Shown in pieces: positions 9,783-18,833 of a DNA stretch of 53,031 nt. The notes under the pieces were generated by a model. That model saw only the letters and a list, made by a program, of their open reading frames with translations, was not told the origin of the DNA and searched no databases. The position numbers and the translations under genes were made by a program. Position 1 is the first letter of the stretch; each line of letters starts with the position of its first letter. Source of the stretch: Thermoplasmata archaeon (lineage in GTDB: Archaea; Thermoplasmatota; Thermoplasmata; GCA-020350865); contig CP070751.1 of assembly GCA_020348445.1 (NCBI GenBank), positions 4,462,970 to 4,516,000 of the forward strand, written 5' to 3'.

Positions 9783-10670
9783 ATGAGGAGGGCCGTCCTT
9801 ATCCTACTTGTTTCAGCAATGATTTTTTTATCCATTGTTTGCACAATATCCCCTTCTGCATTAGCAGATCTAGATCCTACAATAACCTTAGAAGCTCCCT
9901 CTGAAATCGAGATCGATGTTTCTCCCGGCGCCCTATCGAGAGCCACTATCAGGGGAAATGTGACCTGCACAACAACGAGTATCGAAGATGTTTTAGTGAG
10001 AATTTCAGCTGATAACTCTCACGGCTCAGTCTCTATTTCTCCTTACACTTTGATCTTCGCCAAAGTAGGGACAGAAACTAAGCAGTTTAAGGTAAATATC
10101 ACCATTCCCCTTCTGACCAGTTCCTATGAAGAGCCCACGGTAACCATAAATCTGACATGGAGCCAAGGTGCACAAAGCGGCTCTGAAGAGCCTCATGTAG
10201 TTCATGTTGTTATATTGCCATTTTCCAGATTGGCGATATTTTCTGAGATGGCCGTGAAAGAAATTGTACAAGGAGAAAGAACAACCTTTAAAATGAGGTT
10301 TGAAAACACTGGAAATGCGTACGATACCTACTCAATCGAAATCGAGAATCTCGAATATTTAAAGGATCATGGCATTACAGTCACATCGGTGAGTCAGGTG
10401 TCGATAAAAGAAGGACATAACAAAACAATGTATGTTTTTGTGGATACATCTTCTGATACCAAATCATTAAGATCTTACAATATTAATTTTAACTGTACAT
10501 CTTCAACATCCGAGGAGTTCTACTATGAAGAGTATCATTTGGTGCTTAAGGTTATTCCAGGAATTGTCCAGATCATAACTAGCCCCATTGCACTTATACT
10601 GATTGCCATCGTAATAATCCTGTTAATCATTTATTTTGTGAAGAGAAAGAAAACAGAAAATCCAGGTTAA
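9783..10670 (+). CDS. Array paralogue 2 (same architecture)
   Basis: IDVSPG, WSQG, ENTGNAYDTY; TM followed by KRKK. Confidence 0.75.
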   Translation: MRRAVLILLVSAMIFLSIVCTISPSALADLDPTITLEAPSEIEIDVSPGALSRATIRGNVTCTTTSIEDVLVRISADNSHGSVSISPYTLIFAKVGTETKQFKVNITIPLLTSSYEEPTVTINLTWSQGAQSGSEEPHVVHVVILPFSRLAIFSEMAVKEIVQGERTTFKMRFENTGNAYDTYSIEIENLEYLKDHGITVTSVSQVSIKEGHNKTMYVFVDTSSDTKSLRSYNINFNCTSSTSEEFYYEEYHLVLKVIPGIVQIITSPIALILIAIVIILLIIYFVKRKKTENPG

Positions 10671-10680
10671 ATATGGGAGA

Positions 10681-10725
10681 AATCGAAACGTTTATCACCT
10701 TCTAAAACAATGAACTTTTAATAAG
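10681..10725 (+). promoter_or_regulatory. Repeated promoter cassette, copy 3
   Basis: AATCGAAACGTTTATCACCTTCTAAAACAATGAACTTTTAATAAG-ATG. Confidence 0.7.
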
Positions 10726-11646
10726 ATGAGGAGGGTATGCTCGATAATCGCAATTATTCTGATTTTCCTTTCAATAATAAATTACCTCTCGTTTTCTTCA
10801 GAAGCAGATATCATAACACAAGTAGAAGTGGTACCAGATTCATTCTGTGAGGTGGATGTTTCTCCCGGATCTCTAGCCAATGCTACGGTAAATGGCACTG
10901 TTCTCTGTACAAATGTTGATCCAGCAACGCCAATTTTTATAAATCTTACTGTAAATTCTACAATAGGTTCAGCAAAACTAGATAAACCGCATATTGTAAT
11001 TCAAGGATCACATTCTTCAGAAAAGATTGAGATATCAATACAAATCTCAGGACTCATATCCCCCTATGTTGAACATGTATGCATTGTATCTGGTTATTGG
11101 GAACAAGGAGGAACAAACGGCACTGTAATTGAAGGCAGGTTCCTTATAATTCCTTTAAATTTTTATCGATTTAACTTACACAGCGAAAATCCTTTAAAAG
11201 AGGTAAGACAGGGAGAAAGAACTTACTTTGACCTGATTATAATTAATACTGGAAATTATCATGATGATTATATCATGGATATAGTAAACAGAGAGGAATT
11301 GGAATTATCTAATATCTCATTTCCTAGTGTTCCCATAATCTCCATCGAGCAAGGGGGCCAAAAGATATTGAAGTTGACTGTGGATACCTCTTCTGAAACA
11401 CCTGAGGGGGATTATCAGATTCTTGTGATTATTACATCTGTTGGATCTGAGAACAATGAAGACGAAAGTATTTCAGAGGAATATAATTTAACTCTTAATG
11501 TAATTAAAAGATCGAAGGGAAAAGATGAATCTGATGATTGGGAAATGGATGTACTATTTTTCCTTTTAATTCTATTTATTATTGCAGTGGTTATAATCGT
11601 TATAATAATGATAATAATCCTGATAAGAAGTATGAGAATTCAATGA
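10726..11646 (+). CDS. Array paralogue 3
   Basis: VDVSPG, GYWEQG, INTGNYHDDY; long C-terminal TM. Confidence 0.75.
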   Translation: MRRVCSIIAIILIFLSIINYLSFSSEADIITQVEVVPDSFCEVDVSPGSLANATVNGTVLCTNVDPATPIFINLTVNSTIGSAKLDKPHIVIQGSHSSEKIEISIQISGLISPYVEHVCIVSGYWEQGGTNGTVIEGRFLIIPLNFYRFNLHSENPLKEVRQGERTYFDLIIINTGNYHDDYIMDIVNREELELSNISFPSVPIISIEQGGQKILKLTVDTSSETPEGDYQILVIITSVGSENNEDESISEEYNLTLNVIKRSKGKDESDDWEMDVLFFLLILFIIAVVIIVIIMIIILIRSMRIQ

Positions 11647-11660
11647 CCTCCTCCCTAAAG

Positions 11661-11706
11661 AATCGAAACTTTTATCACCTTTTAAAACAATGAACTTTTT
11701 GATAAG
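11661..11706 (+). promoter_or_regulatory. Repeated promoter cassette, copy 4
   Basis: AATCGAAACTTTTATCACCTTTTAAAACAATGAACTTTTTGATAAG-ATG. Confidence 0.7.
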
Positions 11707-12639
11707 ATGAGGAGGGCAGGCTCGATACTAGTATTTGCTATGATTTTCCTTTCCCTTTTGAGTTTGTTTTCCATTTCTTCAAAAGCAGGTGTCTTCACAG
11801 AAGTCACTGTTGAAGTACCACCAGCCTGTGAAGTGGATGTATCCCCAGGATCATCGGGGATTGCAACTCTTCAAGGGACTGTGACCTGTCAGACTTTAAA
11901 TACACTTACACCGGTGTCTGTGACCCTAGAGGCCACCTCAACAATAGGTTGGGTAACAATATCTCCAGGGGGAGTAATATTCCAGGGATCGCATCAATCA
12001 GAGGATATAAACATCACTATTGGAGTTCCGATAACCACCTCAACCACTGGGGATTATACATGCACGATATCAGGAACCTGGGAACAGGGACCAACAACCG
12101 GCCCAGTAAATGAAGATTCATTCCAGATTTTAATCAAGTCTTATTATATGATGACAATATACAGTGAAACTCCATTAAAAGAGGTAAAGCAGGGGGAAAG
12201 CACTGACTTTAACTTAACTGTGGAAAACACTGGGAATTGTGATGATGATTATCAAGTGGAAGTGCATAACGTGGAGGAATTGGAATCCTCCAATCTCTTA
12301 ATTCCGAAATTACCAAAACTCACGGTGGAGGAAGGATGTTTGAGGAACATCCAGTTGCCTGTGGATGCATCTTCTGATACGCCTACAGGGGAGTACCAAA
12401 TTAATGTGAGAGTAACTTCATGTAAATCCGAGGGAAGTGAAGATGGGATTGTGTTTGAAGAATATCCTTTGGTACTCAAGGTGAAAAAAGGGGGAGAGGT
12501 AAAGGACGAAATCAGCAGTAAGATCGGGGAGACTCTATTTGATCCAATGATTCTAATCCCTATTATAGTGATTGTTATCGTGGTTATTGTTGTTGCGGTA
12601 CTTAGAAGAAGTGCGAAAAGTCAGGGAGTTCCTTCATAA
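11707..12639 (+). CDS. Array paralogue 4
   Basis: VDVSPG, GTWEQG, ENTGNCDDDY; TM followed by RRSAK. Confidence 0.75.
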   Translation: MRRAGSILVFAMIFLSLLSLFSISSKAGVFTEVTVEVPPACEVDVSPGSSGIATLQGTVTCQTLNTLTPVSVTLEATSTIGWVTISPGGVIFQGSHQSEDINITIGVPITTSTTGDYTCTISGTWEQGPTTGPVNEDSFQILIKSYYMMTIYSETPLKEVKQGESTDFNLTVENTGNCDDDYQVEVHNVEELESSNLLIPKLPKLTVEEGCLRNIQLPVDASSDTPTGEYQINVRVTSCKSEGSEDGIVFEEYPLVLKVKKGGEVKDEISSKIGETLFDPMILIPIIVIVIVVIVVAVLRRSAKSQGVPS

Positions 12640-12641
12640 GA

Positions 12642-12688
12642 AATCGAAAGATTTATCTATATTAAGTAACAATGAATTTTATGATACT
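12642..12688 (+). promoter_or_regulatory. Repeated promoter cassette, copy 5
   Basis: AATCGAAAGATTTATCTATATTAAGTAACAATGAATTTTATGATACT-ATG. Confidence 0.65.
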
Positions 12689-13585
12689 ATGAGGAAGGTC
12701 GGTTCTACTCTGCTAATAGCATTTTTGATTCTCCAGTTCACTTTCTGTTTTCTTCCTTTTTCCGCAACTGCTGGCCCCATGACCCAGGTTACAATGGACC
12801 CCGAATATCAAGAAAAAGAAGTGGATGTGGCACCTGGCTCCTCAGGTTTTGTATCCTCCGCAATTAATGTATCATGCCAGACCTTGGATCCTGCCCCCGT
12901 CATGGTGAGTCTTTCAGCCGATTTTCCAGATGGGGCTATCAGTTTAAATCCCGCCTCGTTGGTATTCCAGGGTCCTGAAACAGAGCCACAGGATGTAAAA
13001 ATCGGCATGACAGTTCCTTTGTTGACACAGGCTTCTGAGATACCCTGCACAATAAGCGGAACATGGACCCAGGGTGCATTTGCTGGTTCATTAGAGCCAG
13101 TTACTATATTGGTGTTTGTTCTTCCATTCCACCGCCCAAATATCTCCTGTGAATCCCCAAAAAAAGAGGTAAACAAAGGAGATGGCGTTTCATTTGAATT
13201 GAGGATCAACAACAGTGGAAATGCAGATGATATATTTCATATAGAAATAGCCAATTTAGAGGATTTGAAATCAAAGGGCATCACAGTTGATGAAATAAGT
13301 GATATTTCCATCGCGTTCCTGGGTCATGAACTTGTTCAGGTAAAGGTGCACGTATCTTCAGATACCAAGGTAAAAGGAGCCAATATAGATATCGTGGTCA
13401 CCTCAACTCTTGATGAAGAACAAGAAGAATTCACCTACCAAGTGAACATCAAAATCAATGATAATCCCTTCGGTCTGGATATCCTTTCAAATCCCTTGAT
13501 TATAGTGGTCATAATTGTAGTAATAATCGCAGTAATTGTATATTATGTAAAAAAGAAGAAGGCAACGCCTAAAAGCCATTCATGA
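12689..13585 (+). CDS. Array paralogue 5
   Basis: VDVAPG, GTWTQG, NNSGNADDIF; TM followed by KKKK. Start moved from 12572 to ATG 12689 by alignment. Confidence 0.75.
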   Translation: MRKVGSTLLIAFLILQFTFCFLPFSATAGPMTQVTMDPEYQEKEVDVAPGSSGFVSSAINVSCQTLDPAPVMVSLSADFPDGAISLNPASLVFQGPETEPQDVKIGMTVPLLTQASEIPCTISGTWTQGAFAGSLEPVTILVFVLPFHRPNISCESPKKEVNKGDGVSFELRINNSGNADDIFHIEIANLEDLKSKGITVDEISDISIAFLGHELVQVKVHVSSDTKVKGANIDIVVTSTLDEEQEEFTYQVNIKINDNPFGLDILSNPLIIVVIIVVIIAVIVYYVKKKKATPKSHS

Positions 13586-13587
13586 TC

Positions 13588-13632
13588 AATCGAAACGTTT
13601 ATCACTTTTAAAAGCAATGAATCTCCGATAAA
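13588..13632 (+). promoter_or_regulatory. Repeated promoter cassette, copy 6
   Basis: AATCGAAACGTTTATCACTTTTAAAAGCAATGAATCTCCGATAAA-ATG. Confidence 0.7.
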
Positions 13633-14571
13633 ATGAGGGGGGCAAGCTCGATTCTATTAATAACCATATTATTATTCCAGTTCACATCGTGTTTACTTTC
13701 TTTTTCCACAATCGCTGGCCCCTTTACCCAGGTAACAATTGATCCCCCGTCCCAGGATGTAGAGGTTGATGTATCTCCTGGCTCAAATGGTGTAGCATCA
13801 GCCCAGATAACTGTTGCCTGTCAGACTATTGATCCTACGCCAGTTATGGTAACACTTTCTGCTGAATCCCCTGGGGCTTTAGTCGGCTTAAGCCCTAATT
13901 CTATGGTATTCCAAACCTTGGGAACTTCGAGTATAGACGTTACAGTCGATATCATCGTCCCAATACAATCCACTTCTTCAGATATGATATGTTCTATAAC
14001 AGGAACCTGGCAGCAGGGTTTATTTTCCGGCGAAGTTGCCCCTGCCACTATAAAGATAATCGTACTGCCCTATTACAGATTTGAATTATCCTGCAAATCA
14101 CCCCTTAATGAGACTTGCCAGGGTGAGGGGGCATGCTTCAATTTATCAATTGAAAACACGGGAAACTGCCGTGATGATTACGAATTAAAAATCACAAACC
14201 AGAAGGAACTGGAGGCAGACAACATCTCGATTCCCAAAACCGATACGATTTCCATCGGCAAAGGGGAAGTCATGAAAATCGAGATGGAGGTAAAAACCTC
14301 ACTCACCACACCCATAAGGAATTATACCCTCCACTTGACTGTAACATCCTTGGGTTCAAAAGCCGAATCAAAAACAGAGGTCTATGAAGTGCTGCCTTTA
14401 TTTCTCACAGTGAAGAAGGGAATGCATAATGAAACTAGAGCCAGTGAAAAGGAGCTGGACCTTCTCTTAAATCCAATTACTCTGATACTCACTGCGTTGA
14501 TTGCTATTCTCAATATCGCATTTATTATCAAAAGGAGGAGGTCGGCAAGAAGGTATTATCCACCAACTTAG
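13633..14571 (+). CDS. Array paralogue 6
   Basis: VDVSPG, GTWQQG, ENTGNCRDDY; TM followed by KRRR. Confidence 0.75.
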   Translation: MRGASSILLITILLFQFTSCLLSFSTIAGPFTQVTIDPPSQDVEVDVSPGSNGVASAQITVACQTIDPTPVMVTLSAESPGALVGLSPNSMVFQTLGTSSIDVTVDIIVPIQSTSSDMICSITGTWQQGLFSGEVAPATIKIIVLPYYRFELSCKSPLNETCQGEGACFNLSIENTGNCRDDYELKITNQKELEADNISIPKTDTISIGKGEVMKIEMEVKTSLTTPIRNYTLHLTVTSLGSKAESKTEVYEVLPLFLTVKKGMHNETRASEKELDLLLNPITLILTALIAILNIAFIIKRRRSARRYYPPT

Positions 14572-14608
14572 CTATCAAATAATTCCTCTTGGCACTTGGA
14601 CGTCTGAT

Positions 14609-15835
14609 TCAATGGCTCCAATCCAAAATTGAATATTCCACATTCTGCGGAATCCCACCCTTACATCGCTCTTTTAAAAACGCTGTCATCTCAGAGGGTG
14701 TAAGGCCAAGGCGTTTTCCTTTTCCCACAGTGTCTTTGGTGATTCGAAACACGCTCATGGTATCCAATTTTTCGGGTCTTGAGAACATGGCAAGTTCCAG
14801 AAGAACACGGGGATCAAGTTCATTTGAAACCACAGTCACCTCGAAATTTGGATGGACCATGAACTTTCCCATATGCGAGGTCATATCCTCAAGTAGATCG
14901 CTTTCGGAAATTTCGCCCAGACAGTACATGCCCAATTTCGTGAGCCTAAAGAATTTTTTATCTCCATTTTCCATAAAGGTCTCCACAATTCCCACGACCT
15001 TCAGCTTTTGGTTCAGGATTTTCCACACGTTTTTCTCATCAAAGTGAATCCATCTAAAGGGCTGGTTGCTCAAAAAAAGTGTGGCTCTTGCATTGGATAC
15101 AAAAAAGTCAAGAGAATACCACCTGCCCGTATCCAGTGCCGAAAGCTCGTCAAAAAAGAATTCTATATTATCCTTTCCCACGTCCTCCCTTCCAAGTTCG
15201 TTGCCCTCCCTGAGAAAATCGTATGTAAATTTGAAGATGTCTTTTACAAATCTATGGGGTGAAATAAGGACATTGCTCCATTTTTTATATTTCCTTTTGG
15301 AAAGTGATTTTAAGGCGGGAAGTGCCTTATAAACAGATATAAAGAATCTGGTTTCCTCGCTTTTGGTCGCCAGCAGTTCCTCTATTTTCTTTTGGGAGAT
15401 CCTTTGAGTGCCTACTTCACCTTTTTTTCGAAAGAGATGAAAGCCGTATTCAGAATCCATCTGCCACAGATACCAGAGTATAGAGTACTCGCCGCAAGGG
15501 GCCACTTGCGAGGGCTCAAGTTGCATTATGTGATCAAAATCAGAGGGTGAGGATAGAAATGATTCTGAAAGCACCTCGATCAGCTCCCTGGGAACTTCAT
15601 AGCTGAGCCCCTTGCTGGTTTTCTCACCGCTTTTTACTACAAGACCTTTTTCTACCAGCTTCTTTTCTGTTTCCTGCAGTTCCCATAATGAATATCTATC
15701 GAGATATATTCGTTTGAATTTTATCGCAGGGATTTTGCCTTTGTTCATGAGGATGAAGGATAAAAAAACTTTTTCGAGGTTGCTTGCCTTGGAAATTTCC
15801 TTCTTTCTTTCTCTAATTTCCCTATTTTGTTTCAC
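14609..15835 (-). CDS. XPB-associated protein with a C-terminal helicase XPB/Ssl2 N-terminal-like (Helicase_C_3) domain
   Basis: C-terminal FMVHPNFEV...FRITKDTVGKG...GGIPQNVEYSILDW matches the XPB N-terminal domain pattern. It overlaps the XPB stop. Likely GTG start at 15835 after AGGAG. Confidence 0.7.
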   Translation of the reverse strand: MKQNREIRERKKEISKASNLEKVFLSFILMNKGKIPAIKFKRIYLDRYSLWELQETEKKLVEKGLVVKSGEKTSKGLSYEVPRELIEVLSESFLSSPSDFDHIMQLEPSQVAPCGEYSILWYLWQMDSEYGFHLFRKKGEVGTQRISQKKIEELLATKSEETRFFISVYKALPALKSLSKRKYKKWSNVLISPHRFVKDIFKFTYDFLREGNELGREDVGKDNIEFFFDELSALDTGRWYSLDFFVSNARATLFLSNQPFRWIHFDEKNVWKILNQKLKVVGIVETFMENGDKKFFRLTKLGMYCLGEISESDLLEDMTSHMGKFMVHPNFEVTVVSNELDPRVLLELAMFSRPEKLDTMSVFRITKDTVGKGKRLGLTPSEMTAFLKERCKGGIPQNVEYSILDWSH

Positions 15836-17525
15836 TGTTTTCTCTCCTGGCAAATTCTGTACCATCGATTATTGTGTATTTATAACCTTGCTCAGTTAAA
15901 AAAAGCTGCCTCTTCTCGGCATAGTCCTGATCCTTTGTGCCCCTCGTGACAATTGAATAGAATCTTGCGATGCTCCCGTCTTTTTTAGGCCTTAAAATCC
16001 TACCCAGCCTCTGGGCCTCCTCCTGTCTGGAACCGAACGTGCCCGAGATCTGTATCGCTACATTGGCATCTGGCAGATCCAATGCAAAATTCGCCACCTT
16101 GGAGAGTATCAACAATTTAATTTCACCGCGTTTAAAGGAATCGTAAAGTCTCTCCCTCTCCCTTCTCGGTGTCTTTCCAGTAATTATATGGGCCTTGAAT
16201 ATATCGGCCACCTTTCTCAGCTGGTCGAGATACATTCCAATTACCAGGATGTTATCATCCGCATGTCGATTCACGATATCTTTGATTATATCGTACTTAA
16301 TCGGATTCTCGGCTGCTATCCTGTACCTCTTTCTTTCATTTACCAGGGAGTAATTCATCTTCACATCTGGCGTCATGTCCACCCTGATCTCCAAGCACTC
16401 CGCAGTTGCTATCCATCCTTGGCTTTCAAGTACCTTCCAGGAGATATCGTACTTCTTTGGACCAATTAAACTGAACACATCCTTCTCCTTGCCATCCTCT
16501 CTTATCAGGGTGGCGGTCAATCCCAATCTGCGTTTTGCCTGGAGGTTCGCAGTGACCTTGAATACAGGTGCAGGTAAAAGATGCACCTCATCGTACACGA
16601 TCAACCCCCAGTTTCTCTTTTGAAACAAAGTAAAATGCGGAAACTCAGAATCCTTCTTAGGCCTCCAAGTTAGGACCTGATAGGTTGTGATGGTAATGGG
16701 TTTTATCTCCTTTTTTTCTCCTGTATATTCCCCGACATCCTCGGTTTTGACGGTGGTTTTGTCCCTGATTTCCTCGATCCACTGCTTTACTCCGATCACA
16801 TTGGGACAGAGGATGAGGGTGTTTTGGGAAAGCAGGCTCATAATGCCAAGACCAACCATGGTCTTTCCTGCACCGCAGGGCAGAACCACGGTCCCGCTGC
16901 CACCAGTGGGGCCAGCATTGGAATAGAAAACTGAAACAGCCTCTCTCTGATATTTTCTGAGACTGAAGGGCATCCCTCCCTTGGTTTTTTCAAGGAGTGT
17001 AATTGGATAATGCTCACCCTCCGCATAACCAGCCAAATCCTCCACTGGGTGCCCGATTTGTATCAGAACATGTTTAATTTCGCCCCTAGATTCGGGCTTC
17101 ACCTCCAAAACAGTCTTTTCCATGCGCTTTGTAAGATGTTTTTTTACCTTCTTGTTCCTCCAAATCTCGGAGATCAATGCGATATCCTGGGACTCGAGGA
17201 ATATCTTTTCTTCTTTTCTTTTCAATTTGAGTTTGCCAAACCTGGAGATATAGTCGTTGACCTCAAATTCGATATTACCGGGTATTGGATACCTCGTATA
17301 CCTTCTCAGAACATCCATCACATCCTCGCCCTTCATGCCTGATGCTGCCGCATTCCACAATGAGATGGGAGAGATTCGAAAGGTATGGATGTATTCGAGG
17401 CTCTTTTCCAGCTCCGCGAATTTGCTGATTTCGTCCCTTGCACTCTCATAAAATGGGCTCTCGACCTCTAAAAGCAATGTCTTGTCGCTTTGGACGATCA
17501 ATGGATTTTGGGATTTTAATGACAT
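15822..17525 (-). CDS. xpb: DNA repair helicase XPB/Rad25 (SF2), bacterial-type
   Basis: N-terminal NPLIVQSDKTLLLEV...ISLWNAAASG, Walker A VLPCGAGKT, DEVH, LGLTATLIREDGKE, GTFGSRQEEAQRLGRILRPK. Confidence 0.92.
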   Translation of the reverse strand: MSLKSQNPLIVQSDKTLLLEVESPFYESARDEISKFAELEKSLEYIHTFRISPISLWNAAASGMKGEDVMDVLRRYTRYPIPGNIEFEVNDYISRFGKLKLKRKEEKIFLESQDIALISEIWRNKKVKKHLTKRMEKTVLEVKPESRGEIKHVLIQIGHPVEDLAGYAEGEHYPITLLEKTKGGMPFSLRKYQREAVSVFYSNAGPTGGSGTVVLPCGAGKTMVGLGIMSLLSQNTLILCPNVIGVKQWIEEIRDKTTVKTEDVGEYTGEKKEIKPITITTYQVLTWRPKKDSEFPHFTLFQKRNWGLIVYDEVHLLPAPVFKVTANLQAKRRLGLTATLIREDGKEKDVFSLIGPKKYDISWKVLESQGWIATAECLEIRVDMTPDVKMNYSLVNERKRYRIAAENPIKYDIIKDIVNRHADDNILVIGMYLDQLRKVADIFKAHIITGKTPRRERERLYDSFKRGEIKLLILSKVANFALDLPDANVAIQISGTFGSRQEEAQRLGRILRPKKDGSIARFYSIVTRGTKDQDYAEKRQLFLTEQGYKYTIIDGTEFARRENSETK

Positions 17526-17894
17526 GACCTTCAACCTGCTGTCTGTATCATAGGAGTTCTGTTTTAACGCGCTATAAGGATAAGTAGTTTGCCCTTCTGG
17601 TTATCTTTTTTGCTACTCTGAGGTCTTGGGCAGGAGGATTATGGATATCGATCATTAGCAATTTCGTAACCAAAAAGCATAATGGGTCCATAAATTCAGA
17701 ATTTAATAATCTCTTCAAAAACTATTAATATAAACTGGTAAATAATAATACAAGACAAGACAATTTCTAGGCTTGATGAATTAAAAAAGAATCAACGAGC
17801 TTGCAAAGTAGTTGTGATTCGACCCGGTAAATATGGATGATTTCACGTTCCTGTTGAATATAGAAAATACCCATTTATGGGGAGGAGCCGCCCA

Positions 17895-18512
17895 ATGAAA
17901 GATGCTGCCAGCAAAAAAATTCAAAAAGGGAACCAAAAAGTGGATTCAAACCAAAGGCTTTTTAAAAAAATCCAAGAGGAAGTAAAAGGACTCAAGAAAA
18001 AGGACTTCATTCTAAGAATCATCTCGAAACTGGAAACGAATCCAGGCATATCGAACTTCTGGTTTTCCCTGGGCCTGCTTCTTTCAGAATCAGGTAAATA
18101 CGAAAGTGCCAATGAAGCATTCAACAGGGTGGTGATTTTAAATCCGGAACATAAGAAACTGTGGACGGCAAAGGCCGTGGCATTGGGAAATTTGGGCAGG
18201 GATGAAGAAGCCGCCTACTGTCATAAAAGGGCACTTATGTGTTACAACGGCGGCCGAGAAGAAAACCGGGAAATAAAGGAGCTGGTAAGAGACATAGATG
18301 ATCTGGTAAACGAGGTCGAGAAAAGGAAGAAACAGCTGGGCCTCGGCGATATGAAGAGAGAAGATATAGAATATCTCACACCAAATGTACTTGATCTAGA
18401 GGGTTTTATCCACGAGCTCCTTTCAGAGAGGGCAAAGGATAAGAAGTGGGCAAAAGACCTCATTATTAAAATGAGGATATTGGAGTCCAGGGCCAAAATC
18501 CCACCAAGGTAG
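17895..18512 (+). CDS. TPR-repeat protein with a coiled-coil C-terminus
   Basis: WFSLGLLLSESGKYESANEAFNRVVILNP / WTAKAVALGNLGRDEEAAYCHKRAL. Start at ATG 17895 after GGGAGGAG. Confidence 0.75.
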   Translation: MKDAASKKIQKGNQKVDSNQRLFKKIQEEVKGLKKKDFILRIISKLETNPGISNFWFSLGLLLSESGKYESANEAFNRVVILNPEHKKLWTAKAVALGNLGRDEEAAYCHKRALMCYNGGREENREIKELVRDIDDLVNEVEKRKKQLGLGDMKREDIEYLTPNVLDLEGFIHELLSERAKDKKWAKDLIIKMRILESRAKIPPR

Positions 18513-18581
18513 ACTTTGATAATCTTTTTAGGAACTTCGTTTTGGAAGGGATTTTGGATATTCAATGGACCTTTTGGAGTA

Positions 18582-18806
18582 TCATTCGGTGGTAATGGGT
18601 TCAGTTAATATATCATTGTCTTTTTGTACGAGTTTTTCCACCTTCTGCTGCGTTTCTTTGAGCTTCTTATTGCACAGCCTGGACAGTTTTACACCCTCCT
18701 CGAATTTCCCAAGCGACTCATCCAATGTAAGGGATCCTGTCTCAAGGCTGCTCACTATATCCTCAAGCCGTTTCAGGGCTTCTTCAAAGGACGGCTCCTT
18801 TTCCAT
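18582..18806 (-). CDS. xseB: Exodeoxyribonuclease VII small subunit
   Basis: SFEEALKRLEDIVSSLETGSLTLDESLGKFEEGVKLSRLC. GGAGGTG RBS before ATG 18806. Confidence 0.93.
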   Translation of the reverse strand: MEKEPSFEEALKRLEDIVSSLETGSLTLDESLGKFEEGVKLSRLCNKKLKETQQKVEKLVQKDNDILTEPITTE

Positions 18807-18833
18807 ATTACACCTCCTTCTCACATTCATTTT

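Noticed and set aside
10691-11706. TATCAC in the promoter cassette as a Thermococcales glycolytic motif (TATCAC-N5-GTGATA)
   Set aside because: The second half-site is ~22 nt away rather than 5, and it is not GTGATA.
8745-13632. Six regularly spaced ~46 bp repeats as a CRISPR or attC-type array
   Set aside because: The spacing is ~1 kb of coding sequence, the repeats are degenerate with BRE/TATA character, and no cas or integrase gene is present.
13633-13643. G6 run right after the start of array paralogue 6 as a phase-variation tract
   Set aside because: It is short, currently in frame, and one substitution away from the ATGAGGAGGG start of its paralogues. There is no evidence of length variation.
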